A stretch of DNA of 63,503 nucleotides, the filler included, from Asterionella formosa (lineage: Eukaryota): assembly GCA_002256025.1 (NCBI GenBank). It is 10 parts of 10 records of this genome, joined end to end, with 100 filler letters (N's around TTAATTAATTAA, not from the genome) between each part and the next. Parts side by side here need not be neighbours in the genome. Positions count along the whole stretch, not along the records: positions 57,251 to 63,503 come from NKIB01012770.1; 9 more parts are not named here. The stretch is one strand, 5' to 3'. Under the pieces are notes generated by a model. That model saw only the letters and a program-made list of their open reading frames with translations. It had not been told where the DNA came from and searched no databases. The position numbers and the translations under genes were made by a program. Shown here one piece after another: positions 59,605-63,503 of this stretch. How positions within the stretch are numbered: position 1 is the stretch's first letter; the number at the start of each line of letters is the position of its first letter.

Positions 59605-60159
59605 AACTGTAGACTTGCTGAACATAATAGATATGGTAGATCAATAAAATGGTATTATATTTTAATTATCCCAAGCCATAGTTCTGCACTAGACTCGTGA
59701 CTGAATAGCTATCCCGGTATTCTTTTTTAAAACTTATATTGATAGTAATAAATATTTAAGTAAGAAAATAAGAACACAGACAAATACACTTGCTAGTGTC
59801 ATTTTGTGTTGAACAGAACAAATGTATATAGGCCCAGCCTCACTTGTGAAAGCGCAGACCCTAGCATCTCCACATCAAGGAATTGACGTTTCTGTCAGAA
59901 TTGACGTGGTCCTTCTGACTAAAGGACCAATGGCAACGACCAATGGTTTATTTTATTGTATATTAGCCTATGATGGTCTACCGGTAGTGAGGAACCTATG
60001 GCAACCTGATGTCGCAGTAAGAAAGTATCTTTACGAAAGTGAAGGAATCATCGCTCTTTCAAATCAGCCATACATTGAAAAATTACATGATTAATTTCTC
60101 ACAAATCTACACAACTTGCCAAATGCACTTCCTTATTTCCTTATTTCGAATGCAAACAG

Positions 60160-60967
60160 TACATTGTTTTGCTTCCAAGAAGAATGTGCTGAACTTCTGC
60201 GCCAGTCTGGTGCACTAATTGATGAAAGGATACATCGTTCTCGTACCAACATGGGAATGCTGCATCAAGCCCACACCTTTTCACAAGTCGATAAATCACA
60301 AGATTGGATCGGGCACACATCGACTCTGGACAAGGCGGGGTCCAGTGCTAGAAAAAATAAAGATCCAGTGGCTCAAAAACCAGGTGCGGTCCCGGAGTCA
60401 GTTGAGGACCGGAATATTGCAAAGTTTCCAGCCTCTCTGATTCATTCCGCTTCTGCTGGTCCATTCCCTGTAAAGCTATATCGCATGCGGAACATCAAGG
60501 TAGTGAAGACATAATATCCTTTTACCCTGACGGGCGTTCCTTCGGGATTCACGATCCAAAACGGTTTCAAGACGAGATAATGCCTCGATACTTCAAAACT
60601 GCCAGGTATATTTCCTTTCAACGCCAACTCAACCTCTACGGTTTCAGCAAGTGCACCATTGGTAGAGATAATCGAGGCTTCTTTCATGAGTCCTTCATAC
60701 AGAACAAGCCTCTGCTTTGCAAGCAGATCACACAAACAACAGAAGGTTCCAATGGTCGATGTCTATCATCCGTTCCTGGACGATGCCAGCATTCTTGCTA
60801 CAAGTATGAGCACTCCTACAATGCAGCAACAAGCGGCTACTCTTCATCAGTACGACGCTAGCCTACAAGGAATTCCATGGTATCAAACGCCATTTGATGG
60901 CGCTGGATTATCTACTATGATATGCATACATTGCGCTTATCGACATAGGACAATTGTAAAAAGCTGA
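60160..60967 (+). pseudogene. Heat-shock-factor (HSF) DNA-binding-domain gene with a frameshift
   Basis: FPVKLYRM | EHQGSEDIISFYPDGRSFGIHDPKRFQDEIMPRYFKTARYISFQRQLNLYGF...FFHESF. The frame breaks near 60488. Confidence 0.85.
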
Positions 60968-61889
60968 AGCAAGCAGTCATTTGCTGACAAATAACAATGC
61001 GCCAAAAAATTCGAGTGTTGTAACCTAGAACAAGGCTGCCAAGATTCGCCAAGCGTCCATCCCTCTTCTCATTTCGCAGCCATGGCTGTGATTCATTCAA
61101 CTAAAATTAAAGTTATCTCGCCACTCTGCCTGTCTCTAAAATGACATGTTTTTTTGTTTTGATGCTTGAAAGTACCATTACCAGCGGTGGTACTTTTAAT
61201 AAATTGCACGTGGTCAGTCACGAACAAAAATTTGGCTGTTTGTTCTCACGATACACATACGAATATTTACGTGGCGGGACCAGCTCTTACTGGGCGGAGT
61301 ACCTGGTACTGGTCGGATCTGGGACTGAGTCACATACTACCAGGGTCCCAGTACCGGTACCGTTAGATTGATAAAATTGCATCCATGTCCTTACAGTCGT
61401 TGTGCTTGGTACCAGTAGTCTAGTCGTAGATAATATGATTGTATGCAGTATCGCGACTTACAATTCCGGATGATTAACGTGTAAACCTCCTACCACTGTA
61501 TGTATTTACCAGGCAGAGATTGTACTAGTCGTAGTCGTGTGTTTTTACCTTCAAGTATATACCGTACCAGGACCAAGTAGTTTCTAGTCGCCTGCTGATG
61601 ACCAACCCTCGTTTCGATTCATTACCGTTCTCATTCATATCGCCTACCGGTACCTGGTACCGGTATGTGGAATATAAATGATAATATAGTCAGTCATTAA
61701 ACTACCGGTACTTCCGGTATTAGTCAGTCGAAGAAAATCGAATCGGAAGAGAGAAGGTCACAATAAACTCAACCGCCTCTACTCGCAACGACTCAACATC
61801 CAACTCCACTTTCAGCAGATCATATTCCGACTGAACGAACACACACAACTACCGATAGCAACATAACATCAAACTCGCAACGTACCATA

Positions 61890-62423
61890 ATGACGAAAAG
61901 GGTTTCCTTCTCCCACATCAACGTGGCGCCTTTCGAGATTCCATCCGACGCAGAAAAAGTGAGGCGATGGTTCACCAATGCAGACTTTTGCTCCTTTCAA
62001 GATGACCGCAAGGCCTGCATCAAAGCAGTCAAGCTTGCCGACGGCGACTTGGAGCAGCTAGATCACAACATGTACTGCATCAGGGGCTTAGAAGACAAGA
62101 TTTCTGTCGACCATTACAAGGAAAAGATTTGCAAGCGGAACGCCGTTATCAGAATGATTTTGAGGACACAACAGCTGCAAAAGGAACAGAAGAAGCCAGA
62201 TGCTGAATATTTGAAAATGATTTCCATCATGTGCTCCCAAATGGCAAAAAACCAAGCCCTTGCTATGGCCCGATCTGATGAGTTGTCGTGTGACAGACCG
62301 CATAGACGGTGTGGTAGTAAAAGAGATCGAGGGGAAAATCAAGAATCGCTATCACTGCCATGCAAACGATTCGCAACCATGGAAGCTGGAAATGAGTACG
62401 ACCAACGGATGGGTTCCACATAG
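61890..62423 (+). CDS. Diatom-type hypothetical protein (KRVSF / CIRGLE family)
   Basis: KRVSFS...W...D...CIRGLE...R...I..IL..Q..Q...S...S..A...A...A..D pattern. Preceded by a TATAAAT box (~61673) and a CA-rich leader. Confidence 0.8.
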   Translation: MTKRVSFSHINVAPFEIPSDAEKVRRWFTNADFCSFQDDRKACIKAVKLADGDLEQLDHNMYCIRGLEDKISVDHYKEKICKRNAVIRMILRTQQLQKEQKKPDAEYLKMISIMCSQMAKNQALAMARSDELSCDRPHRRCGSKRDRGENQESLSLPCKRFATMEAGNEYDQRMGST

Positions 62424-62775
62424 ATGGGATGCTCTACATGGGGTATAGACATGCCACATATAGACAACGCACATGTACACAAACAAAACAATATGCTAAA
62501 ATACTTTTTCCGCGCTAAATATGGTGAACGCCTACTAGTGCCCTCTTTTTACCACATGTAGCTATCAGCATAGAGCAAACGCGATTCTAGAAAATCATTC
62601 ATTTCCATCATAACTGCTGCAGTCGAGTGATGGGAATGCTGTCTTGTCCTCTATAGTAACATAACACATTCATGCATAACTTAAGCTGATGGCCGAACTA
62701 CTGCCTTTTTCAAAACTCATGACCAACTAGCATTTCACTGGATAAATTGCTCCGAGTGAGTGTCATTCTTGACGC

Positions 62776-62911
62776 AGCAGTCGAATTTTCGAGTCAGTTT
62801 TCTACTCATGCAAAACATACCATGCCACAAGTATCATGATCCAGCAGTCGAATTTGCGAGTCAGTTTTCTACTCATGCAAAACATACCATGCCACAAGTA
62901 TCATGACCCAG
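62776..62911. repeat. Tandem duplication, ~66-bp unit, two copies
   Basis: CAGCAGTCGAATTT(T/G)CGAGTCAGTTTTCTACTCATGCAAAACATACCATGCCACAAGTATCATGA occurs twice. Confidence 0.95.
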
Positions 62912-63503
62912 CCAGTTAGGGAATAGGTAAGACCTAGACCCTATTTAAATGGTCAAGGCATACAATAAGAACGTTTTAAATTCAAGATTACCGCTATTTG
63001 GCTCGTGGACTGTGAGACTGAAAGAAAAATGTACGAGTCTGACAGTACAGATGCTAATTTTACCAAGATTGCTTTCTTGATTAATTATCGCATTAGAAAT
63101 AGTGCAATGGCTTTTTCGAACTCTAATTGTCATGAACAGTTATTTTTCAGATCATGTAAGCAAACCTCGACATTGATTAGGAGTACCAAATACTGCCAGT
63201 ACTATGTACCCCAAATGGGAAGTAGTACAGTACCAGGTACCAGGTACCAGGTACCAGATGACCTCATCTTGCTGCAGCTTTACATCAGACTCCCACCTGT
63301 TGGAGTACCTGGTGACGACTCACCTGGTACTACCTCGTGCTAGTCATTTTGCTTGAACGGAAAACTTGACGACAGATAGATCCCTTATGGTAACAATGTA
63401 ACCATACATCTTCAATTCACGACTGTTTGAAAATCGTCTGTATCATGACTAACGGCAATGCAGTGAGTGATGTACTCCAGTAGCTAGTTTCTTTGTGTGC
63501 GTT

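Overview
Eukaryotic DNA, almost certainly from a diatom. Support: plastid-targeted HCF101 with an ASAF-type bipartite presequence, CoDi-like Copia elements, diatom-type LRR, HSF and 'CIRGLE' gene families, short GT-AG introns, and TTAGGG repeats. The window is not one locus. It is ten unlinked contigs of 6272 to 6253 bp, in decreasing size order, joined by artificial N44-TTAATTAATTAA-N44 spacers, so neighbourhood across a spacer is meaningless. Much of it is transposon debris: two two-LTR Copia elements, further Copia and Gypsy fragments, tyrosine-recombinase (DIRS/Ngaro) pieces, a pogo-like relic and a repeat family with CACCGTCTG-like termini. Host genes include HCF101, TFIIE-beta, a fused MPC1-MPC2 pyruvate carrier, an SCP2 protein, a large cytidine-deaminase-domain protein, an LRR membrane protein, two Cys-rich secreted paralogs and several pseudogenes. 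Main leads: (1) a pervasive TA-[short insert]-TA signature, mainly TACCGGTA, seen directly as indels between paired LTRs and resembling abundant DNA-transposon excision footprints; (2) a single-chain MPC1-linker-MPC2 carrier with a SWEET-like 3+1+3 layout; (3) a deaminase with a possible CARF-like sensor domain; (4) a Copia element with a chromodomain-like module and a PBS matching the anticodon arm of elongator tRNA-Met. All family assignments come from motif recognition by eye; no database search was run.
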